Origin: Felis catus
Lineage: Eukaryota
Direction: 5' to 3'
Length of the DNA: 64,000 nt
NCBI RefSeq assembly: GCF_018350175.1
Contig: NC_058368.1
Location: 85,376,001-85,440,000 of the forward strand
Position numbers and translations under genes: made by a program. Within the stretch, counting starts at the first letter, position 1. Every line of letters begins with the position of its first letter. The notes under the pieces were generated by a model, which searched no databases, was not told where the DNA came from, and saw only the letters and a list, made by a program, of their open reading frames with translations. This document shows positions 37,701 to 51,113 of the stretch, in pieces.

Positions 37701-40700
37701 TGGGCTCTGTGCTGACAGCTCAGAGCCTGGAGACTGCTTCCTCAGAATCTGTGTCTTCCTCTTCCTGCCCCTCCCCCATTCACGCTCTGTCTCTGTTTCT
37801 CAAAAATGAATAAATGTTAAAAATTTTTAAAACTCTTTAATCTTTAAAAATACTTTGTAAATAAACTAAAATCTTTGATTATATGACCATCTGCTTTCCA
37901 GGAACTGAAAAAAGTACAATTTCTTTGACTTATGGTTTCAGTGTGGGCATTTTTTGCCATAGAATGGTGCATTTGGATACAATGGTATTTCCAGTGTTTG
38001 ACCAGCACCTACTGGGAGAAATGTATTTTATCCTTTGGTACACACACACTGCCAAATACACAAGTTAAGCAGTTGTTTTACAAGGTAATAGTTCCCTTTG
38101 TGCAGGTGAGCTGCTCTTTTATTTCCAATTCCACACAAAATTATGTCTGAAAGACCAAATCTTTAGTGTGTGGGGAGAGGTCAGGTCTCTCCAGTTCAGA
38201 GTTTGATACAGCCTTTCAGTTTCTCTGGTTTTGTTCAATGAAAAGGAAATGCTTCTCCAGGGTAAGGCAAACCTGAAAGGCCATGTTAAGCAATTCATTG
38301 TTTATTCTTTTGAGCTGTGTCCATGTATAAATGATAAAATGATAGATGTTGCCCAGTCTCTCTCCTCACCAGGAGAATAATGACAAATTCACGTAACATA
38401 CAGTGAAATTTGCTATGTGCAGGAACAGGTGCACAATTAGGTTAAATATGAAGATATTCACAGTGGTTATAGAAGGCTGTTATGAAGAGAAAACTGCATT
38501 GGGAGGTGGGGAAGGTGGGGAGGTTGTTCATGCAGAACCAATATGCTGAGAATGATCTCTACACAGAGAAAAGAAAACTGATTCTATTCCTTTAAAAGTT
38601 TGAAATTAAAGGAAGAAAATATTTGTCCCATCCCCAGAACCATTCAGAAAATGACCATATTCCATATTCCCCATGAGAGACCTGTTTCTTCCATGGAGAG
38701 AAGTGTGTGCTAGCAGCTGGCCTCGTGGACCCTCCCTGTCAGAGCCCCAGGGGCAGGACAAGTGACTTCTGTCTCATTCTAAAGACAAGGAAAGAGTGGT
38801 GCCTGGGCAGCTCAGTCTAAGTGTCGGACTTCAGCTCAGGTGATGATCTCATGGTTTGTGAGTTCAAGACCTACGTATCTGCACAAAGCCCACTTCCGAT
38901 ATTCTGCCCCACCCCCTGCCCCTTCCTCACTCCCTCTGTCTCTCTTTCTCAAAATAAATAAACTTAAAAAAATTAAAAACCAAAAAGAGGCAGCATCCTG
39001 GTTAAGAGCTGGAATAGTGTGACATAATAACATTTATTCTGAGTTTCCATTGTTGCAAGTCTTTTTGTGAAGTCATTCTTGCCTCCCCATAGAAGATGTG
39101 AACACAGGTGCAGTGGGGGGCTCAGTAGGTTAGCGACAAACTCCTGATTTTGACTCAAGTCATGATCTAGTGGTTGGTGAGATCCAGCACCTTGCTGGGC
39201 TTCAGGAGACAGTAAGAAGCCTCCTTGGGATTCTCACTCTCTGCCTGCCCTCTCTCTCTGCCTCTCTCTCTCTCTGCCCCTCCCTGAGCTCCCTGTCTCT
39301 GTCTCTCTCTCAAAATAAATACGTAAAGTTAAAAACAAAGTTGTGAAAACAATTCAGGAGATTAGAACTCAAGTTATTTTGAAAGACAAACCCATGCCCT
39401 TTCATAAGCATATGGCTCATTTTCTGCTCCTCTTTCTACTGTTCTCTTATTTCACAGAAAACATAATTTTAGGACCATGAAGTTGTGCAGCTGTTTGTTA
39501 TAAAACACTGACACCATTACAATGATTGAAAATTTGTTCCTGCCTTTCTTCCTACATCATGCCTTTTTTAGTTTGTTAATAAAATCAGATTTTCTTAAGT
39601 CAGATGGGACAATGATCTCTCTAAAGGAGGAATGACAAAGTTAAAAAGACATATTAACAAATTCAGAAAAATAATCATAGGGGAATTTCCTAAATATTAT
39701 ATTATACTAAATACATGCATGGGCATGTGTCCTATCTGATTTCATAATTCATGATTATTGATGATTATTTAATAAAGAAGGAATCATGTACAAATGAAAG
39801 CCTTGTTTAAAATGCATCATACTCTTGAGAAGTAGGTCTTTTTCAACAATTCAGTGCATACTTCCAGATATTGTTTCTATTTTAATGTACATTTTATACA
39901 TAGAAAAATATATAATACATAGAGTTTGTGACCAAAAAATGGCAGCAAGGTACATATAATCTGATTATACATTATATTTCACTTTTCACTTGTTTGAAAT
40001 TAATCTAGGTTTTGGAAAAAAAATTGCAGGTGAAGTTATGTACCTATACTTATTTTCATTTAGTAGTTGTTTCTAGTTCATAAAATTGTCATTTTTAATC
40101 ATTTCAATAACTTTAAACATATTTTTCTATTATCCATTTCAATCAATGTTATAATAAAGTTTATTGATTTTTATTTACATAATGTGGGTTAATAAATGCA
40201 AAATAGATTGCTAGATTCACAATTAATAAGTCATAAAAATAACATGTAATTTTAAATTTTATAATAGGTGTTTCTTTTGTTAAAATTACATATACAACCT
40301 CAAGATATATGTGTACTTTTAATTAATGATCTTTATAAAGGTTGTTCCAAAGTTAATATTCCAATTTATTCCTATCAAAAGTTAATGAGTTTATTTCCCC
40401 ACACTTTCCCAGCTGTGTATGCATCACATCTTTAAATACTTACCAATCTAAAAAGTAAATAACTTTATATGTTATACTCTTAGTCACTAGTGAGAATGAT
40501 TTTAATATTTTTAAATCATGTTTTGTAAATCATTTGTTTTCCTGTGAACTTCTTCAAGTTGCTGCCTATTTTTCATTACATGTTTTTTCTCCAATTTCTT
40601 GAAAAAAAATTTACTAAACAAGGTAGCCTTTCGGCTGTCATATTGAATTGCTCTAGTATTATCATTATTCTTTAGGCTTTGTATTAGTATTTTCTGTGGT

Positions 40701-41704
40701 AGGATTCCTTATGGATTTTTTTAAAAATATGTAATCAACTTTATTTGTATTTTGCTTCATACCTTTTGATAGTTGCAACTTGTTTAGTGAGATCTAAGAT
40801 AATCAGGAAAAAAAGAGAACAACTATGATTCTTTCCTATATAGTAGTTTTATCTTTTTAAATAAGTCTAAATAAGTTTTTATGGTAAGTTTTTATGAAAA
40901 GAATGAATGAAGGATCTATGGTCTACCCACTCCAAATTCCTTGTCATTGATCATGTTTTAATTATTGCATTTCCGTAGTATGTCTGGATGTATATTAAAG
41001 ATAGTTTCCTCTCACTAGACTTTTTTTATCTTCAGAATTTCCTTGACTTTTCTCATGGGCTTATTTTCCCATTCCCTATTTGTATAACACATAACCTTTA
41101 TGTGACATACATATAAACTTTCATATTTATTATATTTCTTTCATATTAAAAAATCCCAAAACTTACCTGTAAAATAAATAAGATAGTTTGATTATTACAA
41201 TTTTAGATGAAAAAACTATAAAATGGTAAAGAAAAATTCTAAGGTTTCATAATTGTCTCTTGTTGGCTAAAGGATTGTAACATGGGAGATTGGAGTTATA
41301 GCCCAAGATATTTTAAATCTATTCTTCTATATTGATCTGCAAGAGTTGTGGTTTATGTTCTCAAAAATACTTTGCTTTGAATGTGATTCATTCTTGGAAT
41401 TGCAATTTGGTAGATGTTTCTACACACATATGTGATTATCACATCAAAGTTTTATTATTTGTTGCATAATATTGTGATTTTTCCCCTCAAACACTGTATA
41501 ATACTTTGGAAGAAAAAATACTCTATTTCTTGAATACCATACCCAAATGAGAGAGAGCAAGAGAAAGAGAGGGAGAGGTGTAGAGAGGGAATAATTTTAT
41601 GTGGATGTTGCTTTACTAATATTCTATTGTCTCATACATTATTTATCTACTCAGGTGCTGTAAAATTTCCTCAATAATAATACTGAAATAAATGAGATTT
41701 ACCT

Positions 41705-41924
41705 TTTGAATTTTTTTTCAATGTCTTAATTTTTGAGAGAGAGAGACACAGTACGAGCGGGAGAGAGGCAGAGAGAGAGAGAGGGAGATACACAGAATGG
41801 GAAGCAGGATCCAGGATCTTAGCTGTCAGCATAGAGCCCAATGTGGGGCTCGGGCCCACAAACCGTGAGATCATGACCTGAGCTGAAGTTGGACACTTCT
41901 CCAACTGAGCCACCCAGGTGCCCC
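41705..41924 (-). mobile_element. CAN-SINE upstream of OR2W3
   Basis: Reverse CAN-SINE with flanking GAGATTT(A/G)CCTTTTG TSD. Confidence 0.88.
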
Positions 41925-42362
41925 GAGATTTGCCTTTTGGATAAAGAGTGGATGATGTATTCTGCATATAGTGGAGATATTCTAAATACTATTAATTGGT
42001 TATTGTGGGGCTCCATCTGGGACCTTTGAGATTTGAGCAGGAACTTAGGAACATTTTCCTGTCACTGGAATTAGAATCAATTCCAGCAGTAAAGGAAGAA
42101 GGTTCTCAGTTCCATTCCCTGGGTTCCAAACCAGCTCTGCTCCTTTCTAGAAAATGATAATTTTCTTAACACATATCTGTGTCAGTTTCCTTTTCTGTAA
42201 GTCAGGAATACAAAGAGTGCCAACTGCAAATCATTGTAGTCGGAGGTTAAATGAGTAAATAAATGTAAAGAAGCACAGAAGAATGTTTGGCTCATTGTAA
42301 GTGTTCCCTTATAATGGATATAAGTATTATTAGTATCAATATTCCTCTCAGGTGCAGCAGAG

Positions 42363-43307
42363 ATGGATGGGACCAATGACAGCACCCAGGGAAATTTCAT
42401 CCTTTTGGGGTTTTCTAACCATCCCCATCTTGAGAGGATCCTCTTTGTGGTCATCTTGATTGCATACCTCCTGACTCTTATGGGCAACACCACCATCATC
42501 CTGGTGTCCCGGCTGGACCCCCACCTCCACACTCCTATGTACTTCTTCCTCACCCACCTATCTTTCCTGGACCTCAGTTTCACCACCAGCTCCATTCCTC
42601 AGCTGCTCTATAACCTGAATGGCCATGACAAGACCATCAGTTACACAGGCTGTGCCATCCAGCTCTTCCTGTTTCTGGGTCTAGGTGGCGTGGAGTGCTT
42701 GCTCCTGGCTGTCATGGCATATGACCGGTTTGTTGCAGTCTGCAAACCCCTGCACTACCTGGTGATCATGAATCCACGTCTCTGCATGGGCTTAGTGTTG
42801 GTGGCCTGGGGCTGTGGTGTGGCTAACTCCTTGGTCATGTCCCCAGTCACCCTGCAGTTACCCCGCTGTGGGCGCCACAGTGTGGACCACTTCCTGTGTG
42901 AGATGCCTGCCCTGATTCGGATGGCCTGTGTCAATACAGCTGCCATTGAAGGCACTGTCTTTGTCCTGGCAGTGGGCATTGTGCTGTCACCTCTAGTGTT
43001 TATCCTGGTGTCCTACGGCTACATTGTAAGGGCTGTGTTACAGATTCAACCAGTGTCAGGGAGACAAAAGGCGTTTAACACCTGTGGCTCCCATCTCACA
43101 GTGGTCTCCCTTTTCTATGGAAATATCATCTACATGTACATGCAACCTGGAAACAGCTCTTCCCAGGACCAGAGCAAATTCCTCACCCTCTTCTACAACA
43201 TTGTCACACCACTCCTGAACCCCCTGATTTACACCCTCCGAAACAAAGAGGTGAAGGGGGCACTGAGGAGAATGCTGCTGGATAACAGAGGGGTAGGAAA
43301 GGAATAA
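42363..43307 (+). CDS. OR2W3: Olfactory receptor family 2 subfamily W member 3-like, intact 314 aa
   Basis: Single-exon ORF with OR motifs LHTPMYFFL, MAYDRFVAVCKPLHY, KAFNTCGSHL, PLLNPLIYTLRN and N-terminal glycosylation site NDS. Sequence and position downstream of TRIM58 match human OR2W3. Confidence 0.95.
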   Translation: MDGTNDSTQGNFILLGFSNHPHLERILFVVILIAYLLTLMGNTTIILVSRLDPHLHTPMYFFLTHLSFLDLSFTTSSIPQLLYNLNGHDKTISYTGCAIQLFLFLGLGGVECLLLAVMAYDRFVAVCKPLHYLVIMNPRLCMGLVLVAWGCGVANSLVMSPVTLQLPRCGRHSVDHFLCEMPALIRMACVNTAAIEGTVFVLAVGIVLSPLVFILVSYGYIVRAVLQIQPVSGRQKAFNTCGSHLTVVSLFYGNIIYMYMQPGNSSSQDQSKFLTLFYNIVTPLLNPLIYTLRNKEVKGALRRMLLDNRGVGKE

Positions 43308-44270
43308 GTGAGAATGAAAGACCAACATCTCCATCTGGCTGTCACTCCATCAGGACCAATGATGGCATCTGGAACTGTTGGAACAGACCAGACAATAATC
43401 TTAATCTATTCTTCCCAACTTATATAACTTTTCCTAGACTTCTATAACTGTTTCAGTTCCAATACTATGTTTTAATGAGTGAACTGCACAACACATAGCA
43501 TTCCAAAACCACCAAATGATCTATCAAACAGGTCTGAAGAACAGTGTGTGATGAATAGTTATAAAGATGAGTTTTCACAACTTATACCAGAGTGCCAAAT
43601 AGAAAACTACTTTTCATAATCAGATTTTTTTTTCTTTTTTGTTGTTTGTTTTTAATTGGTTAACTTTCTGGTTTGTTTTTTTGTTTGTTTGTTTTTGTTT
43701 TTGTTTTTAGTCAGAATGATCACAGATTGATCACTTCTTTTACATGACAGCCATCCAATATGGGAATTCAACACATTGAGTATTTTTTTTTTTCAAATTC
43801 TCATCTGAAGCCTTTCATCAAATCATATTTTTTCTACCCTTTGTCCCCCAAGTCGGGTTTAAATTTTAGATAAACCAAGAAGTTAACTTGTACAAATGAC
43901 ATGTGGGTCATTCACATCTTAATGTACTATTATTTCTCAAGTATGTTTTTATTTCATTGGTGAGAAAAACCTGATATTTATTAAGTTCCTACTATGAGTC
44001 AGGTGCTCTTAATTCATCTAATCATCTCCACATTTGTCAGAGATCAGCATGATTATCATTATCTTTATTTTTACCTATGTGGTACTTGAGACTTCAGGTT
44101 AAATCATTTGCTCAAGTAGAAATGAACCAGAGATTTACTCCAAGTTTTGTCTGACCCCCAATTCCTGCTGCTTCTACTGCTACAAGAACGTTTAGAGAGC
44201 AAAAATCCTTAAGCATTTAAGTTGTCAAAAACCCTGTAGGTCTAAGGAGCATGACTTATGTCATACAGAG

Positions 44271-44758
44271 TGTAGGGGACAAAAAGTTTCCTGGACGTTT
44301 TTCATGTCCCTGTCTTGGTCTGAAAATTAAACTGACAAAGATATATTAATTAGAGAAAAGCATACAAATTTGTTTGATGTAAGTTTTACATGACATGGGA
44401 GCTTTCATAAGGAGGTGAAAACCCCAAAGTATGATTGTCATGCTAGATTTGATAAAGAGTAGACAGTGATGGAGAAATACGATATGATAAGTGGAGATAT
44501 GAACAAAATTTAATAAACAGGGGGAATCTTAACAATGCCTGTGTCCTCATATTCATTTCAGGGTCCCTCCCTCTTGGAAATAAAGATGTCCCTTTCCTCC
44601 AGGAACAGGGAGGGCTCCCACATGAGGATCTTCTGACCTGCTTCAGGGAGAAGATCAGAAAGTCCTTCCTCCAAAGCCATTTCACAAATTCCTTTATCTC
44701 AAAACATTCAGTACACCAAAGTGCCATATTTTGAGGTAGTGTGTACTGAACCCCATCA
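44271..44758 (-). mobile_element. MER34-like class I solo LTR
   Basis: TG...CA termini with near-TSD AGAG/AGGG. The minus strand starts TGATGGGGTTCAG...CCTCAAAATATGGCACTTTGG, like MER34-family LTRs. Confidence 0.65.
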
Positions 44759-45685
44759 AGGGCTTCTTCCACTTAATTTGCAAATGAATTCTCTGCAATC
44801 TTACTAACATGCAGATTCTGATTTAGGTGGTCCTAGGACAGGCTTGGGATTCTATATTTCTGCAAACCTCCCAGGGGATACCCTTATTCACAGCTGACCC
44901 TCAGACCACACTTTAAGGACATAGCATAAAGATCACCCTCAGCTCTTTTTGCAAGCATTTGGAGAGCAGACACATTCTAGAATAAGCTGAGATGGGATTC
45001 ATAGACTAAGGGGAGATAAGATGAGGAGGAAATGAGGCCAAGAGCCTGGCTGAGGGATATCCTTACTTCCATTCTCAGTAACTAAGTTTCATATTCTTCC
45101 CTATTTCACAATGACCTGTCATTCCCACCCTCACTTTCTAACATCCTTTATTCTCTCACCTCATTTCATTTCAAATGGCACCAGCCCTAGTGAGGATCAT
45201 TTAATTGTGGAAAATCCAGGGCCTCTTGAAAGAAGGCATACCATGTTTCAAGGGGATCCCTATCTGAATATTCAAAACTGCTGTTTTAAAGAAGTAGTGG
45301 TATCAATAGCTTGATGGGAGTTATCTGTAGGAGAGTTAGGGTTTCCTCCCAATGCCTCCTTGATACACAGTCTAAGGGGGTGATTTAATAGAGAATTGAG
45401 AAGTGGCCCCAGGACTTCTGCAAACCCATATTCTTTTTTTTTCTTAAAAAATTTTTAAATGTTTACCTGAGAGAGAAAGAGAGAGAGAGTGTGCACATGA
45501 GCAGAGGAGGGGCAGAGAGACAGATGGAGATACAGAATCTGAAGCAGGCTCCAGGCTCTGAGCTGTCAGCACAGAGCCCAACATGGGGCTTGAACTCACG
45601 AATCACAAAATCATGACCTGAGCCGAAGTCCGACACTTAACTGACTGAGCCACCGAGGCATCCCTCCCATATTCTTTTCTTAAGT

Positions 45686-45732
<47 letters not shown>

Positions 45733-46893
45733 TATTTTGAGAGAGAGAGAGAGCAAGCAGAGAAGGGGCAGAGAGAGAGGGAGAAAGATAATCCCAGGCA
45801 GGCTCCCCACTGTCAGCACAGAGTCTGATATGTGGCCGGAACTCAAGAACTGTGAAATGATGACCTGAGAAGTCAAGAGTTGGACATTTAACCAACTGAG
45901 CCACCCCACCCCCTGTAAAAACAATACCTTTCTGGATGCCCTGAGTGAACCTGAGGAGCAGCCACATGGGCTCTGAAGTTGCCATGTTTCTATCTCTGGA
46001 AAAATGTACCAGAGGGAATAAAGACGGTTTGCATAACTCTAAGAAATAAAAGTAGTCCTGTGCACTGTGGTGAGTAATTTTTGTTGTTTCCTCTATTAAG
46101 AGCAAAACCCAGTTGAATACATTTTAAGGATCTTATTGGCTTTATTCAGTGACTCGTAAATTGGACAGCATTCAATCTAATAGATAGAAAGGTGCTCCAA
46201 AGAGCTGTGCAAAATAAGAGGCTTTTATAGGCAGAAGAGAACAGGAACAGGGAAATCATTCTAGGCAAAAGTGAACTGATTATTGCAAGATTGCTTTCCT
46301 TCAAGAGATGGCAGAGGCTTCTCAGGCAGACCACCTAAGGAATGCTGACCAGGCAATTTCTGGTTGGCTGGTGAAAGTTTCGATCTCTGAGAGACGTGAA
46401 ACTCCAGTGAATTTTTGTTATTTAACAGATTTGGGTCAGTGATGGTGGGATCCAAAGGAAAGTTCTCACAGTGTTTCCATTTGGGGACAATGGGAAACAC
46501 AGGCATGGTGCCTGTGAACCCTTTTGAGTTGTTTTCCTCACCATTTCTGAGGGCTGTAGGTAATTACGTTCTTCTCAGTATTCTCTTTTTGCATCAACCT
46601 CCTTAAATGGCTTTCCAGTCAGTTCCCCATTTGTTTGAAATCACTATTTCCACATTAAGAACTGCTGAAAGTTTAGTCCACAATTCTCCATTTGATCGGA
46701 AACCCTCTCTTCTGTCCCTATCCCACATTGAGAACTGCTGGCTGCAGTTCCTCATTTGTTTGGACTCAGTCAGCAGTCGTTATTTATTAAGTTCTGTCTG
46801 TTCAATCCATTCCCCAGTCCCAAATTCTGAGAATTGTTGGCTGTGCACACAGGGACTTCTCTTGGTCAGGAGACAGTAACATCACTTGGTTAC

Positions 46894-47260
46894 TGTGATA
46901 AATAAGCCCACTGACCCAATCAAAGTAGGAATGAGGAGACTCAGAGCACAGAGAAGCAAGGCTTTAATCAACTTTCTTGTAAGAGCAGATGTCTGATGGA
47001 CAGGCGCGCTGGGGGCAGTTATGGGAGGCAATTTATCTCCTAGTATGTAAGTCCCTCCCCTGATTCCTCATTGGCTGAGTTCTACAGACTTACAGCCTTA
47101 CCAGGAAGTCGCCTATGCGACTGGCTTGGTAAGCATCGCATTGGTAAGCTGTGGCCTCCAAATAGAGCTGGACAGAAATGTGGTTTGCATCCCGTTTGTA
47201 ACCAGGTATGACTGGACAGAAATGTGGGTTAAATTCCATTTACAGCTAAGGGTCCTACCA
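46894..47260 (-). mobile_element. Probable LTR in reverse orientation
   Basis: Starts TGTGA, has a minus-strand ATTAAA and two CCAAT boxes, and an internal direct repeat CTGGACAGAAATGTGG. No clear TSD. Confidence 0.4.
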
Positions 47261-49799
47261 AACTGCTGCTGGCCCTCAGGGAAATTATAAGGGCCATTAT
47301 GAGGAAAATTCCAATTAGATAAGATTAGTTAAGTGCAATTGAAAGTAAGGGTGCCTCCAGAATTCTTCAAAATTCCAAAATAGCATCATTACAAAGATTT
47401 ATTACAAAAGGCTAATAAAAAAAAAAAGTAAAAGTGCAAGAGGTACCTAATACAAAATATTGTAAAACTGATGTAATTCCTACTGCTCCTGTATTTGAAC
47501 ACTCATTTTAATAACCCTCTATTGAGTTGTCTTTGCAATCTGAAGAGACTACCAGTCTATAAACAGAAGTCTGTCCTGTTAATGGCCTTACAGATAGCCC
47601 CATATCTACCTTTGGAGGGAGGCCCCTGGGGGCTCATTCCAGAGATGATGAGACTCTGAGGGATTTTCTGATAAACGGCTACATCATTCCCTAAACAGCT
47701 GAGGGAAACTAAATTAAAATAATAATAAAGTTCATTTTTGAGAGAGAGAGACAGAGCGCAAGCGGGGGAAGGGCAGAGAGACAGGGAGACACACAGCTCT
47801 AACCTCTGAGCTGTAAGCACAGAGCCCAGTATGGAGCTGGAACTCATGAACTGTGAAATCATGACCTGAGCTGACGTCTGGTATTCAACCAACCTGAGGC
47901 ACCCCGGTGCCCTGGGAAACTAAATTTAAAATTAATAAAAACCTTTCCAAATTCTGGTAAATATTGAAGTTATAATTCTCCACTAAAACCCCACTCAGAA
48001 GCTATAGATCAGATTCTTGACAAACTGACAAAAATATCTAAATATTCTTATAAGTCAGCCCTCCCAGATTGCCTGTATTTGTTCTGTCTCAAAATCAGCA
48101 AGATATTTAAAAGAAATTTATAAGTTGCTCTCTAAACAAAGGTTGGCCAAATTGGAAGCTCATATTCAGAGCCTGATAGTAATCATTGTTTTAGACCTTC
48201 TCGTTTAAGCAACTGAAGGTAGTGTAGTTGAATGTGTGGATGTCATTTATGAGGCCTTTTAGTTTGCAACTCAGTACTCAGAAATTGACAGCAACATACT
48301 CTTAGAAATCTTTGCAAAACTAGAAATGCAGCTCTAGAGGCAGTTCAAACTTTACCTATTCCTTTTTACCACTCCTAAAACCTTCCTTATCTCACAAGCC
48401 TTGTAAATATTGACCTTGGGAGACCAAAGCTCTATTTGAGAAACTTGTATTCCTTCTACATGATTCCTTCAGGAATTCTTAACTAGACCAGCCCCAATTA
48501 CTAAGACGAAAGAAACAAAAAACAATAACAAAAGGTTAAAGAAGTTTTTAAAAACTAAAATATGTTCCACAACTTCCATAAATTTACAGAACATTTACAA
48601 AGAAAATTTTTTTTTTTTTTTTAAATATGGAGAAGTACTACACTAAGGTATTAGATTGATGGAACATGTTTCGACAAGTTGGAAATAAAGACTAGAGTGG
48701 ACTCACATATTCCTGTGAGAAATTATTTGTTTCTAATGTTTATTTATTTTTGAGAGAGAGAGTGTACACACTCCCTTTACCTACCCAACAAGAACCCAGT
48801 GTGGTGCTCAAACCCATGAACAATGATATGACTTGAGCTGAAGTCAGATGCTTAACTTACTGAGCCATTCAGGCAGCCCGAACATATACAAATCTTATGT
48901 GTTCTCTCCAAAAACATTAGTAATAAAAACCTTTAGCCACAGAAACTATGAGCTGTCTGCATCTGCCTATATGTTCATGTATGTGTGTGTGTATATATAT
49001 ATGTGTGTGTGTGGGTGTGTGTTGTAGATGTGTGGTATTTTCTACATCTAGATGATATTGCAAAAATTAATTTGTAAAACAGCTGTATCTAATTCACTTA
49101 AAAATAAAGAAGTGGTTATATGAACTAAATACCCCTAAAATTCTCAGAAATATAATAAAAACTATTATGTAATAAAGACATGATATGGGAAAATATTCAA
49201 TATGAAAGCTAATTTAGGCTTGTGGGTTTAATTAAAATGGAATGTCTAGAGTTATCAACATTGAATATAATGCAGACATGTACTTTTTTCTATTTGAGTT
49301 TATTTGCCAAATAAGTTTATGTTACCTCTGCCCAAAAATTGTCATCAAGAAAAACAACATATTATGATGAAATTTCATAAGTAATGCAAAAATAATTGTT
49401 GAGAACAAGATAAAAGTTTTAGGTGATTTTTAAAAGGTTTTCCTCAATTTTTTTTTTTTTTTTTTTTTTGTAAACTGAATCCTTGAAGTTTTACCAAGTT
49501 AAACTGAATATTGGATAATCATTACATAGCTAAATCATTTCCAAAAAATGTAAAACAATGCAACATTAATTATTGAACATAGGATTACCTAGTTTTTACT
49601 TCTTATTGCAGAGGAAATAAATATTTGGAGTCTATTAGTAAATATATTTTATGCCATGCTGAAAAATTTTCATTAAAAAGCCCATGTTTCTAGAAATTAT
49701 GAGAAGTATTTATAAATTTGCCAATCTACAGAATGCTAATATAAAAGACAATTCATAATTGCTTACTCTTTAGTCTTGACTAGAGTTTAAAGAATTCTA

Positions 49800-50025
49800 G
49801 GGGCGGCTGGGTGGCGCAGTCGGTTAAGCGTCCGACTTCAGCCAGGTCACGATCTCGCGGTCCGTGAGTTCGAGCCCCGCGTCAGGCTCTGGGCTGATGG
49901 CTCAGAGCCTGGAGCCTGTTTCTGATTCTGTGTCTCCCTCTCTCTCTGCCCCTCCCCCGTTCATGCTGTGTCTCTCTCTGTCCCAAAAATAAATAAACGT
50001 TGAAAATAAATAAATAAATAAAAAA
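49800..50025 (+). mobile_element. Young felid CAN-SINE
   Basis: CpG-rich, with tRNA-derived head, (CT)n and A-tail. TSD TTAAAGAATTCTA at 49787-49799 and 50026-50038. Confidence 0.92.
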
Positions 50026-50553
50026 TTAAAGAATTCTAAGGGGGAAAATTATAATATATGTAATTGAAACACTAGAACTAATAAAAAACTAGAGCTGGCT
50101 AAGAATGGAATAAATTTAAGTAAATTTAATTGAATAATTTTTAGTATTGAAAGTAAGTTGGTATAAAGGGCAAAGTTTTTTTTTTTTTTTTTAGAAATTT
50201 TGCTCTGCTTTTAATGAGGAATTTAAATAAAGTTTTTTTTTTCCTTTACTTTTTAACTTATCTATCCAGAAAGTACATATTTTATGTTTAGTCAAAATAA
50301 TTCCCTGCATTTTTTTAATCAGGTCTCTAATTACTTTAGAAAATTAAGTATTTTCTGTTATAAACCTAAGTATTCTTTAACAATAAACTATGATTCTGTT
50401 TGACCAAGTGTTTTAAAACCTTTTGATATTTTGACAAACTTCCTCCAATCAAATTCTGAATGAAGTCTCTTTGATCTCAAACAATTTTTAGAACTTCCAG
50501 AGGGTCCCTGGAAAATTTCCAAAATTTTCTTTACTAGAATCTTTCTTTAGTAG

Positions 50554-50555
<2 letters not shown>

Positions 50556-50594
<39 letters not shown>

Positions 50595-50891
50595 CACACA
50601 CATATATATACATATATATACATACATATACATATATATATACATATATATGTATATACATATATATATGTATATATGTATATACATATGTATGTATATA
50701 TATTTATATATGTGTATATACACACATATATATGTATATATGTATGTATATACATATATATGTATATATATGTGTGTATATATATATACATATATACATA
50801 TATATACACACATATATATACATACATATGTATATATACACATGTATATACATACATATATATATATATACACACACAACACACATACATA
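50556..50891. repeat. Long compound (TA)n/(CA)n/(TG)n purine-pyrimidine microsatellite
   Basis: About 335 bp of almost pure alternating purine-pyrimidine sequence. Confidence 0.95.
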
Positions 50892-51026
50892 TTAGGGGTG
50901 CTGGGATGATTCAGTTGCAGTTGGTCAAGCTTCCGACTCTTGATTTCAGCTCAGGTCATGATCTCACAGTTTGTGAGTTCAAGCCCCATGTCAGTCTCCA
51001 TGATGACAGTGCAGATCCTGCTTGGG

Positions 51027-51069
<43 letters not shown>

Positions 51070-51074
51070 AAAAA

Positions 51075-51113
<39 letters not shown>

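Noticed and set aside
50534..51085. Several 60-118 aa Y/I/H/T-rich ORFs
   Set aside because: They are translations of a microsatellite.
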